Below, in pieces: positions 46,300-55,048 of a DNA stretch of 64,000 bases. The notes under the pieces are model-generated. The model searched no databases and was not told the origin of the DNA. It saw only the letters and a program-made list of their open reading frames with translations. The translations under genes and the position numbers were made by a program. The DNA comes from a virus. Where the stretch lies: IMG/VR virus record IMGVR_UViG_3300007522_000367, positions 1 through 64,000 of that record. One strand, given 5' to 3'. Position 1 is the first letter of the stretch; the number at the start of each line of letters is the position of its first letter.

Positions 46300-47047
46300 T
46301 TTTCATAAACCTAGTATAGTTGGAAAGAAATAATTCACCTTCAAATTTAACATCTGACATAGGAGCTGACTTACTAAATGTATCTAAGTCAGCACTACAA
46401 TTTATATGATCTTCTATTTCAAAGTAATTGTTGCTTTGTAATACTACTAATTTGCCATCCGGAATCTTTGAATACCATTCTTCGAAATTTTCTATGTGTT
46501 CGCAACTTGTGTTAATAATAGTATCAGGCGTATCAGCTAAAGGACACGTTGTTCCGTCAGCTCTAATTACTTCGTAGTTTTCGAACTCATAATTAATATC
46601 CATGATATCTTTTGTAGATGATTTAAATTGCCAGTTATCCTTAACCCACGGGTTATTAAATGTTTCAGCAATACTTCGGCAACTAGGATCAATGTCAAAA
46701 CTTCTAACTTTATTTACTTTAATGTTACTTTCAAATAACATTGTAGCAAGTGTAGCATACCATCCTGCACACAAGAATACTGTGCCTAAATCAACTTTAA
46801 GTTCACTAAGTTCTTTTACTAACCATAGTTTGCTTTCTAGTTGTCCTCGGCTAAAACAGTCTGCATTAAAACTGTCATCGTCCTTATACTTACGCATACC
46901 TTCAATTAATTGACTGCCTGTTAATCCTTGTATAATTCTAAACAATGCAAACTTATCTTGACTTAATAAGGTTTTTCTAAGATCACTAAAGATAGAGTTA
47001 TCCGGGTATAGTAATTCTAATCTATCTAGTATTTCAGCAATCTGCAT
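46286..47047 (-). CDS. Class I SAM-dependent methyltransferase-like protein
   Basis: GQLESKLWL, FLCAGWY, SFDIDP, IINTSCEH. Confidence 0.65.
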   Translation of the reverse strand: MQIAEILDRLELLYPDNSIFSDLRKTLLSQDKFALFRIIQGLTGSQLIEGMRKYKDDDSFNADCFSRGQLESKLWLVKELSELKVDLGTVFLCAGWYATLATMLFESNIKVNKVRSFDIDPSCRSIAETFNNPWVKDNWQFKSSTKDIMDINYEFENYEVIRADGTTCPLADTPDTIINTSCEHIENFEEWYSKIPDGKLVVLQSNNYFEIEDHINCSADLDTFSKSAPMSDVKFEGELFLSNYTRFMKIGYK

Positions 47048-47705
47048 TGTATTTCTCCTTAAGCCAGTTAAAGTCGTTTATCAACCCAAGATCAGCCCCG
47101 CTAGAAAGCCCGTACTTCCTGCCAGCACAAGCACCTTTAATAGCATATTCGCCGAAGGGAGCATCTCCTCCCACTGTTGTCCATATTTTGAGTCTTTCAT
47201 TTGTTTCTTCCTCGTTTTGTCTATCTATTATTTTACTTGCAAGTTTAGTACATTCTCTAAATGCACTACGCCATGTACTAAATTCATCTACATTAAATGC
47301 AGTGATATTACTAACTTGCTCCATAGGAATAAATTTAGTACTGATGCTTGTGGTCATATCTGGTTTACTAGTGTCCATGTGTAATGTTGCTATTCTAGGA
47401 AGCAATTTTACACCACCGTATCCGTATTCTAGATCATTAATAGGATTGCGGCTACGCCATACATGTACAGCATCTTTATTAGTTCGGTTTGGAACATAAG
47501 AAAAATCAAAGTCATCTACAATAAGTGCATCGGCGTCAACAATCCATACCATATAAGTAAATGCTTTTTTTGCTGCTTCAATATGTGCTTGATGTATTCC
47601 TTTAACTCCGTGAACACGCATAGCCCACGGCACTTGTGCTTTTAGGTTGTTCCAGTTTACATCAGCTTGGATTTCGTTATAACTTATAAAAATTACATCA
47701 TACAT
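47034..47705 (-). CDS. GT-A fold glycosyltransferase-like protein
   Basis: VIFISYNE...RVHGVKG...AH...IVDAD; WRSAFRE. Confidence 0.7.
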   Translation of the reverse strand: MYDVIFISYNEIQADVNWNNLKAQVPWAMRVHGVKGIHQAHIEAAKKAFTYMVWIVDADALIVDDFDFSYVPNRTNKDAVHVWRSRNPINDLEYGYGGVKLLPRIATLHMDTSKPDMTTSISTKFIPMEQVSNITAFNVDEFSTWRSAFRECTKLASKIIDRQNEEETNERLKIWTTVGGDAPFGEYAIKGACAGRKYGLSSGADLGLINDFNWLKEKYNADC

Positions 47706-49050
47706 TGCTGTTCTCACATAGCTTGTAAAATTCTTTGTACTCTGGAAATACTTCTAAAAAGTTTTTATTTCTACGACGATCGTACTCATTTACAAATTGC
47801 ACAAATCCAAATCTGTCTGCACTTACATTAATTTTCTTTTTGAAACGAGCAAGGCAATCGTTGTATATTCTTTCTAATTTAAAAATCTCATCCATTTTAA
47901 ATCGCTTGTTCTTTTTTCTTCGTTCGATCATAAAATCTATAGTAGTCTTTAGATATGTTTCAATCATTTCCTCAGTTGCAATTTTAATGTCAAGGAACTC
48001 TGGGTGCCTAACATATGCAAAATCCATAACTACTCGTTCGCCAAAGTCTCGTTTTAATTTTTCTATATGACAAACAAACTTGTGGATTGTGGGCAAACTT
48101 AAAATATTAAATGCACTCATAAAACAAACCTTAATATCAGTAGTTTGTTCCAAAAAGTATTTAATATTTGAATCAAATAATTTCCAATCCATTCCGTCTC
48201 TGCTGTATTCGGCTTGTCCTTTAACACTTTCTGCACTTGTATATAAACTAAATGATTTAATAGATTTTGAAACTTCTAATTCTTTTATAGAATTAACAAA
48301 TTCTTTCCATAATAATTTTGGAGGACATGCATTACTGTTTATAGCAAAATCTAAATTAGGCTGAGGATTGTTAATTAAATATTGAATAACCCGTTTAGTG
48401 TGTTTACTTAATAACGGTTCGCCGCCTGTAATTCTGAATACGTGCATATGCTGTACTGCTTCAGGAAACCATTTCCAGAATGCTTCAATATACGGATTTT
48501 CTTCTCTTTCAAGAATAGGAATTTCTGTTTCCTTAATACTATTATAATGGTTGTTTTTTAATATGTAAGCACCATTTGCTTTTATTTCATCAGTCCATTT
48601 GCTACTAAATGCCGGGCCGCAGTATGTACATTTAAAATTACAAACGTTTGAGAAACTAACTTCTACATATCTTGGATATATATTTTCGTCTCCTGTTGAC
48701 GTGATTATTTTCTTTTTATCAGTCTGGCTCCATGTTTCAGAACTTTTAGTAATTCTATCACTAAAGTTATTAGTATTATCTTCAATTCGCCAACAATAAT
48801 CACATTCGGCAGGACGCTTGCCTGCAAGCATTTCTTTTCTAATTTCTTTTTTAAAATTAGTGTTATGTAATGCACTCGGATTAACTGCAAGTTCATCTAA
48901 TGGAATTTTATGGGCACCTACATGATGACAACTATGTGTTATGCCAGATCCAAGATGCATAGTTACTTGTGTCCATTTAGCCAGGCAAAATCCACAGCCA
49001 ACAGCATCTAATTCTTTTTTAACTTGTGGTAAGGAATCTAAATTAATCAT
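47698..49050 (-). CDS. Radical SAM enzyme with N-terminal twitch/SPASM-like domain
   Basis: FCLAKW...SCHH...CDYC; CNFKCTYC; TGGEP. Confidence 0.9.
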   Translation of the reverse strand: MINLDSLPQVKKELDAVGCGFCLAKWTQVTMHLGSGITHSCHHVGAHKIPLDELAVNPSALHNTNFKKEIRKEMLAGKRPAECDYCWRIEDNTNNFSDRITKSSETWSQTDKKKIITSTGDENIYPRYVEVSFSNVCNFKCTYCGPAFSSKWTDEIKANGAYILKNNHYNSIKETEIPILEREENPYIEAFWKWFPEAVQHMHVFRITGGEPLLSKHTKRVIQYLINNPQPNLDFAINSNACPPKLLWKEFVNSIKELEVSKSIKSFSLYTSAESVKGQAEYSRDGMDWKLFDSNIKYFLEQTTDIKVCFMSAFNILSLPTIHKFVCHIEKLKRDFGERVVMDFAYVRHPEFLDIKIATEEMIETYLKTTIDFMIERRKKNKRFKMDEIFKLERIYNDCLARFKKKINVSADRFGFVQFVNEYDRRRNKNFLEVFPEYKEFYKLCENSNV

Positions 49051-49958
49051 TCTGGATCAATTACAAATTGTTGTGCAGGATTTCTACTAGGATTTTGATA
49101 TACTATTTTAAAGAATTTACTTTGTTGAGCACTTAATGGAGTTTCAGCAATTGGTATTTTTAACTCATTAATAAGTTTAATACCATACGTGTCTGTTTTG
49201 TGTTTAATATCTTCGATGCCTGCAAAGGAAGTAGTCCATAAGTCATTTAAATATTTAAAGTCTCTAACTTGAACAAAGTCCCAATCTGTACACATTGTCA
49301 TATACAGACCCGCTCTTGCTCCTAATATAGCCCAGTCACCGTTTTGTACATCTGCACCTATCATTAACCAAATCCAAAGTCGGTGTAAGTTTTTCCAATG
49401 ACCTTTTAATAACTGTTCTTTTGTAGGCTTTGCTCCTTGATCGAGTGCCATTTTAACACCTTCGCGGAATCCAGCACGCCATGCTTGTTGTGCTGTAGTG
49501 TTGTTATGTACATCAGAGTAACAACTATTTTGTTGAATGTACTGTAAGTCCCAACAGAAGTCTACTTGAGCTGCTATATTATCAGCATCTGCATTTTCGT
49601 GTGTACGCATGTTAAGAACATATTCTTTGGGCCAGCATTTGAGACCGCCGTTGCCGTACATCAATCCGTTAATTTCGTTTTTGCCACACCAACTAATAAC
49701 ACTAGATTCTAAATCACTGCCCTGCGGAATATCTAATATTTGTTCTAAAAAGCCAGGGCGTACAATATTGTCACCATCAACAGTAATAAAACGATCTGTT
49801 TCGCTTAATTCTGCACATGCTTTGTGTGCAGCATCTGAACCTTCTACACCGTGTACACGTTTTGCCCACGGTGCTTTAGTAAGCAAGTCAGCATAGTTTT
49901 TTTCTGCATTGGGTTCGTCATATGACAGATAGATAATATCGTAATCAATAATTCTCAT
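49047..49958 (-). CDS. GT-A fold glycosyltransferase-like protein (paralog of 47034-47705)
   Basis: IIYLSYDE...RVHGVEG...AH...TVDGD; AWRAGFRE. Confidence 0.7.
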   Translation of the reverse strand: MRIIDYDIIYLSYDEPNAEKNYADLLTKAPWAKRVHGVEGSDAAHKACAELSETDRFITVDGDNIVRPGFLEQILDIPQGSDLESSVISWCGKNEINGLMYGNGGLKCWPKEYVLNMRTHENADADNIAAQVDFCWDLQYIQQNSCYSDVHNNTTAQQAWRAGFREGVKMALDQGAKPTKEQLLKGHWKNLHRLWIWLMIGADVQNGDWAILGARAGLYMTMCTDWDFVQVRDFKYLNDLWTTSFAGIEDIKHKTDTYGIKLINELKIPIAETPLSAQQSKFFKIVYQNPSRNPAQQFVIDPE

Positions 49959-50516
49959 TTATTGCTCCTGTACATTATGTATGTGTTTTACATGATGCTC
50001 GCTACACAAAAGGCTTACACGCTGTTTACACACTTCTACATTATAATTTTTTAATGTAACCGTATCGCATAATGCAAGTGTTTTTAAATTAACTTGCAAT
50101 GTATCTAATAGTATAAATCGATTGCTAGGATCAACTACATAGTACTCCTTAATATAATTTTCTCCTTGTGCAAACATTGCACATACTATATCATCCATTG
50201 TACTTGTAGCTGTCCAAGTACAGTTAAACAAGTCTTGATTTAAAATAATTGCATTATGATCTATTACTTGCTTAACAATAATACCCCTAGACTGTGCTCG
50301 GTCTTCTGCCTTGTCAATGTGTTTGAGTACAATGTGTATCTTACCTTTTATTTTTGCATTTTCAATTACAATGTAATCTAATATTTGCTTGATGCCGTTT
50401 GAAAAGTCAGTATATGTTTGTAAATCAACTTCAATATAATATTCGCCAAAAGAATCGTCTGTTATATTAGCAACTGCTGTGATGTTACCGTCGTCGTTAT
50501 AATAAATGTAATACAT
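49959..50516 (-). CDS. Hypothetical protein
   Basis: GAGGAG SD; TAATG coupling. Confidence 0.65.
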   Translation of the reverse strand: MYYIYYNDDGNITAVANITDDSFGEYYIEVDLQTYTDFSNGIKQILDYIVIENAKIKGKIHIVLKHIDKAEDRAQSRGIIVKQVIDHNAIILNQDLFNCTWTATSTMDDIVCAMFAQGENYIKEYYVVDPSNRFILLDTLQVNLKTLALCDTVTLKNYNVEVCKQRVSLLCSEHHVKHIHNVQEQ

Positions 50517-51322
50517 TACACACGCTCCTCAAGCCATCCTAACATGTCTACTGTTAAAAATTCATCTTCAACATAATGCAATACGCCTGATTGTTTATAT
50601 CCACCTATATAAAGTGTATCATTGCCAAAATCTATAGGTAACACATCAGTCCATTTACTCGGTACATGACTCCAATTTTGTACTTGAGCTTTCATATGAG
50701 TAAATGTTAGATTATTATTAATTTTAGAGTCTAAAATCGTTAGTGCAACTGCGGCACTGAGATCTACACTATTCCAATTTTGCATGTCTTTAGGAGCATA
50801 TTGTTGATAAAATACTTTCCAGTTTGTCATTATTACATCTAATAATTTAAAAAAATTATGAGCTTCGTCGCATTTTGAAAATTTATACATGCCGGTGTAT
50901 ATATTAGGTAAATTGTTTGAATCAAATGTTTTTCTATAGTATCTATTAGTTACTAATTCGTTTCTATATGTAGTTACTTTATTTGTAAAAATAATAGGAT
51001 CAATATTTTCCCATATTGGAGTAATATTATCTAATATTAACATATCAGCATCAAATACTAGGGTATTTCTATAAGGAGTTAAATGGTAGATTTTCCAACG
51101 ATTATCTATTTTCCAATCAGAGTTTTTTGCTAAATCGCCCCAAGGTATAGAAATAACTTGATCAAATACATCTTTATATGCTGTTGGAATTACTTCATCA
51201 GTTATAATACTAATATTTGTGCCAGGTGCGGTTGCAAGAATACTTAATGCCAATGCATATGCTTGTTGTACATAATCTGTTTTACTATTATTTTGTGCAA
51301 GTACACATACACCATTACTCAT
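50516..51322 (-). CDS. GT-A (GT8-like) glycosyltransferase
   Basis: LALSI, TPY..TLVFDADML, FTHMK. Confidence 0.72.
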   Translation of the reverse strand: MSNGVCVLAQNNSKTDYVQQAYALALSILATAPGTNISIITDEVIPTAYKDVFDQVISIPWGDLAKNSDWKIDNRWKIYHLTPYRNTLVFDADMLILDNITPIWENIDPIIFTNKVTTYRNELVTNRYYRKTFDSNNLPNIYTGMYKFSKCDEAHNFFKLLDVIMTNWKVFYQQYAPKDMQNWNSVDLSAAVALTILDSKINNNLTFTHMKAQVQNWSHVPSKWTDVLPIDFGNDTLYIGGYKQSGVLHYVEDEFLTVDMLGWLEERV

Positions 51323-52163
51323 TTGCAAACTCCTTGTCAATAAACGAGTTTAAGCTAAACTTATTCATAATGTGAACAGTTGCATCTGTAAATTTTACTG
51401 GAAGATAATCATATGACTTATGTGCAAGTAATTTAATAACGTTATTATTAACATCTATTAAAATATCGTTATCCGTTGATACCCACATATCACTAGGTAA
51501 TTGTTTAGGCCACTCGGTGCTATTTTCAAATCCACGCATCATATGCATTGTAATACTGAATGCAAAATCGTTTCTAAATTTAGATTCAGTAATATCATAT
51601 ACTGTTCTATAATAATTGTAATTTTCTTTAATATGTTCTACTAAGTCAAATACTGTTTTTGCAGTATTGCTTTTTGTAAAATATAATATAGTAGCCCAAT
51701 ACATTGGAATAGTTTTATCACTTACTCTATCAAAACTTAGCTCTGTGCCTTGATTAACTAAATTGTAATGATTTGCAATCATAAAATCTTCATTAGTATC
51801 AAAACATGCTAGTAACTTATCATTTGATACAAATAAATCAGTATCAATTACAATTGTTTTATCAAATACGCTTAACTCGTATACACTATTGCGAGAAGAG
51901 TTTTTCCATTCTAATTTTTTACTTGCATATAATCCGTCATTAAATGTTTTAACAGAATTATTAATAGGTGCAGCAATGTGTGATACAACATCAATATAAT
52001 TTTTATAAAACGGGTATTCTGATTCAAGGTAATCAACTGTATCTGTAATCAGTTGTACAGGTAAGTTTAAATACTGTTTTACTCGCTTTGCACAATATAC
52101 TGCTTGCTTTACATAATCAATACTGCTGTTGTTAAATGCAAAAAGTACAACACCTTGCTTCAT
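51315..52163 (-). CDS. GT-A (GT8-like) glycosyltransferase (paralog of 50516-51322)
   Basis: TIVIDTD, FRNDFAFS, HIMNK. Confidence 0.72.
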   Translation of the reverse strand: MKQGVVLFAFNNSSIDYVKQAVYCAKRVKQYLNLPVQLITDTVDYLESEYPFYKNYIDVVSHIAAPINNSVKTFNDGLYASKKLEWKNSSRNSVYELSVFDKTIVIDTDLFVSNDKLLACFDTNEDFMIANHYNLVNQGTELSFDRVSDKTIPMYWATILYFTKSNTAKTVFDLVEHIKENYNYYRTVYDITESKFRNDFAFSITMHMMRGFENSTEWPKQLPSDMWVSTDNDILIDVNNNVIKLLAHKSYDYLPVKFTDATVHIMNKFSLNSFIDKEFANE

Positions 52164-52507
52164 AAATCAACCAATCCTTGTACTGATCTATTTTTTTTAA
52201 TTGTTTCGTAGTCAACGGCATATTTACGTGATGCAACTGCATAGACTCCTATTAGTTCTTTTGCAAATTCGTTAACATCAGGAATCATAAAAGGAATACT
52301 GTTATCATCTAGTACAACTGCACCATCTGGAATTGTTTTTGACAACGTATAGACAAAATTAATTAGTTCTTGTGTAACAGTAAACTTATGGCCGTGAATA
52401 TAATGCACAAGGTTTTCTTTATACTGTGCAAGAAAAATACGTTTTTGGTTGTTTTGCGTTGCTAAAAAATTAGAAAACTCTAATGCTTTACTTAATCTTT
52501 CGTCCAT
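52160..52507 (-). CDS. Hypothetical protein
   Basis: GAGGAG SD; first gene of the - strand modification operon. Confidence 0.7.
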   Translation of the reverse strand: MDERLSKALEFSNFLATQNNQKRIFLAQYKENLVHYIHGHKFTVTQELINFVYTLSKTIPDGAVVLDDNSIPFMIPDVNEFAKELIGVYAVASRKYAVDYETIKKNRSVQGLVDL

Positions 52508-52529
52508 TGATGACTCCTCATATAGTATT

Positions 52530-52558
52530 AGTATATACTATAATTTGAAACCTGTCAA
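52530..52558 (-). promoter_or_regulatory. sigma70-type promoter at the head of the GT/radical SAM operon
   Basis: TTGACA-17 nt-TATACT on the - strand. Confidence 0.7.
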
Positions 52559-52564
52559 GTAAAA

Positions 52565-53470
52565 TTAGAAAGTATTTGTTACGCCTAATGCAATTGTAGG
52601 AGCATCAACTTGAACATTTGAACCAGTTGGACGAATGTAGCTCATTGCACTAGTTAATGTACCTTGCACGTTTTCGTCAACTGCTGGACCTGTACCAGTT
52701 TGGTCGCCAACGTCATTATCTTGATATTGCATACGGATTCTTACTCCGTTAGTAATTGCACTTGCAAAGATTTTATAACGATTTTCTGAGTACGGATTTG
52801 CACCGTTACGATTCATGATTTCTACTTCCCCAGCTAAATCATAATATCCGCTGCTATTAGTAATCGTGCCGCCGGCTCCTGATTTGGTCACATCAACATA
52901 ATTCACTGTAATAGTACCCGGGTCCATCATTGTTTGCCAGTCTAATGTTTTCGCTTCGCCACCTCCATACGATAAAGTTGACGTAAGTGTAAGTTTGCCG
53001 CCAGCATTAAAAAAGGCCTTGGCAGCGTTTGCTGATGACCACGTAAATGTTACATCGTGTGTTTGTGTGCCGTTCCAATTTGTTTTAGTTCTACTGCTAG
53101 CAGATACTGTAGTAGACTGTCCAGCACCTAATGTAAATCTATTTCCTGCATCTTTTACAAAATTAACTACATTTTCAAGTGCGTCATGAATGGCTTTAGT
53201 GATGCCGCTATCAGTGTTTACAGTAGTAAGTGCCGGACTAGGAGTTGAACCAACTTGGTGTGTATATGCTTTATCAACATCTGTTTTGAGTGCATTCCAG
53301 GCAGCAGCAGTAACTTTATCGCCAGGAACAACTGCTGGAGCAGTTGTTGCTTGATTATATCCAGCTGCACCTGTACCTGTACCAGTAGGAGTTCCCATAA
53401 CAAGATTAATACCCGATCTTAATGTCGTATATTCTGCTTCGCCAATTGTTTGACCGACTGTTACTGCCAT
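52565..53470 (-). CDS. Virion structural protein (tail/fibre associated)
   Basis: G/T/A-rich, FFNAGG; GAGGA SD and a perfect TATAAATA upstream. Confidence 0.7.
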   Translation of the reverse strand: MAVTVGQTIGEAEYTTLRSGINLVMGTPTGTGTGAAGYNQATTAPAVVPGDKVTAAAWNALKTDVDKAYTHQVGSTPSPALTTVNTDSGITKAIHDALENVVNFVKDAGNRFTLGAGQSTTVSASSRTKTNWNGTQTHDVTFTWSSANAAKAFFNAGGKLTLTSTLSYGGGEAKTLDWQTMMDPGTITVNYVDVTKSGAGGTITNSSGYYDLAGEVEIMNRNGANPYSENRYKIFASAITNGVRIRMQYQDNDVGDQTGTGPAVDENVQGTLTSAMSYIRPTGSNVQVDAPTIALGVTNTF

Positions 53471-53496
53471 GTTTATTCCTCTTTAACTATGTACTT

Positions 53497-53504
53497 TATT
53501 TATA
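53497..53504 (-). promoter_or_regulatory. T4 late promoter consensus TATAAATA
   Basis: Exact match 27 nt upstream of the structural gene start at 53470. Confidence 0.7.
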
Positions 53505-55011
53505 CTTTTAACACGCACTCAACTAGTTTCTCTGATTCGTCTGTGTTTGATTCTAGAGAAATACCTACTAACGCAGTTGTCGCAATAGTTGTACATACTC
53601 CATCGGCCATTGCATAAACTGCTTGACCTTTTTTAACAGCACCTTTAACACGCACAGGAAGACGACCTTTAAGACCAATATATTGTCCTTCACTATCACT
53701 GTTCATCATGTACGCCGGAGCTGTTGATACTACACCAATACAATGATCACTTGCTTTTGCAGGTTCTACATCGTGGTCCTCGCAAGCACATACTGCTACT
53801 GCGGTACCTGGTGCTAGTTCTTCTGCTGTTGAATATTTTTCTGCTAAGTCAGCATATCGAGCACTTGTTGCTGTACCTTGGAACAGTACTGCATTTAAGT
53901 TACCTGAGCCATCACGCACTGCAACACTGCTACTAGTACCTGTACCAATTGTGTCAACTGCGCCAACTCGTGCAGTGCCCCCAACTATAAGCGCACTTGC
54001 TTTTTCTGAAGTTCCGTATATATTAGTTGCGTATACTGCTGCAAACTGATTACTAATATCGCCTAGCGTAACTGATTCAGCTGCGGTTCCGGCAGCATTA
54101 AGGCCAGGTTTAACTACACCTGGTGTAAATACAATAATATTTTTAGATAGGCCGCCGCTTTGTTTAGTTCTAAAACGAATTTCGTCACCTTGCGCATTTT
54201 GTATAACACCCTGGTTGTCGTTTTCAATAAAGATTTTTAAATCTAGTCCTGCGCCGATAGCAATACCTGCATCGGTTTGGAAGTTAGTGATCTCAGTAAA
54301 TACACTCGGTTGTCCAGGTGATGCAGTAACATAATTAGCAGCTGATATGCCGTTTAGTTTGTCAGCGTTAGTAGCTGTACCGTGGAATCGTTGTGTTCCG
54401 CTAGTAATACCAGCTGTTGCGTTGAGTGTATTTTTAAGGGTTACTCCTGCACGTACTACATCAAATCCAGAAATAGCATTTTCAGCATCGGCACTATCAA
54501 TTGTAAATTCTACAGGACTAATAATAAACATTACTTCGTCGTTAATTGTTGCTGCAATAATACTCTTACTAACTGCAAGATCATCACGAACTGATCTACT
54601 CTGCATTTGCGTAATACCAGAGCCAGCATCCTGCGGTCCAATCAGTACAAAATCTGTGCCGTTATATGAATATAGCTGTTCGTTAACAGTGTCCCACCAA
54701 AAATCGCCAGTTGCTAACCCTGCAGGGGCCGTAGCACTGATTTCGGCACCTCCTGTCGTGCGCCATTTAGCACTATCATAGAACTTTAGTTTGCTGTTTG
54801 CAGTATCAAACCAAAGTTGCCCTGTAACTGCTCTCGGTGGTTGATTGGCCCCAGCAAAGTTTTCTAGCAAAAATACAAAGTTTTCGTTTTGTATTTCACC
54901 GTAACCTGCATAGTTTTTACCAACTAGCTTGATATCAGTTGTTTGATCCAACGTACCATCTTGTACGATGGTTAACTGATTTGTGTTGTATTTGTTAATT
55001 GTATACGCCAT
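53500..55011 (-). CDS. Tail fibre/baseplate protein with C-terminal chaperone-like (peptidase G2/IMC-like) domain
   Basis: Shared N-domain GKNYAGYGE..ENF..LLENFA..GQLW; C-terminal ARYADLAEKY...IGVVST.P...L.GR.PV. Confidence 0.72.
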   Translation of the reverse strand: MAYTINKYNTNQLTIVQDGTLDQTTDIKLVGKNYAGYGEIQNENFVFLLENFAGANQPPRAVTGQLWFDTANSKLKFYDSAKWRTTGGAEISATAPAGLATGDFWWDTVNEQLYSYNGTDFVLIGPQDAGSGITQMQSRSVRDDLAVSKSIIAATINDEVMFIISPVEFTIDSADAENAISGFDVVRAGVTLKNTLNATAGITSGTQRFHGTATNADKLNGISAANYVTASPGQPSVFTEITNFQTDAGIAIGAGLDLKIFIENDNQGVIQNAQGDEIRFRTKQSGGLSKNIIVFTPGVVKPGLNAAGTAAESVTLGDISNQFAAVYATNIYGTSEKASALIVGGTARVGAVDTIGTGTSSSVAVRDGSGNLNAVLFQGTATSARYADLAEKYSTAEELAPGTAVAVCACEDHDVEPAKASDHCIGVVSTAPAYMMNSDSEGQYIGLKGRLPVRVKGAVKKGQAVYAMADGVCTTIATTALVGISLESNTDESEKLVECVLKV

Positions 55012-55035
55012 ATTTAAATAACCCCTTGCTGTTAG

Positions 55036-55042
55036 TATTTAT
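55036..55042 (-). promoter_or_regulatory. Late promoter-like ATAAATA
   Basis: Intergenic, upstream of the structural gene at 55011. Confidence 0.6.
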
Positions 55043-55048
55043 CGCAAG

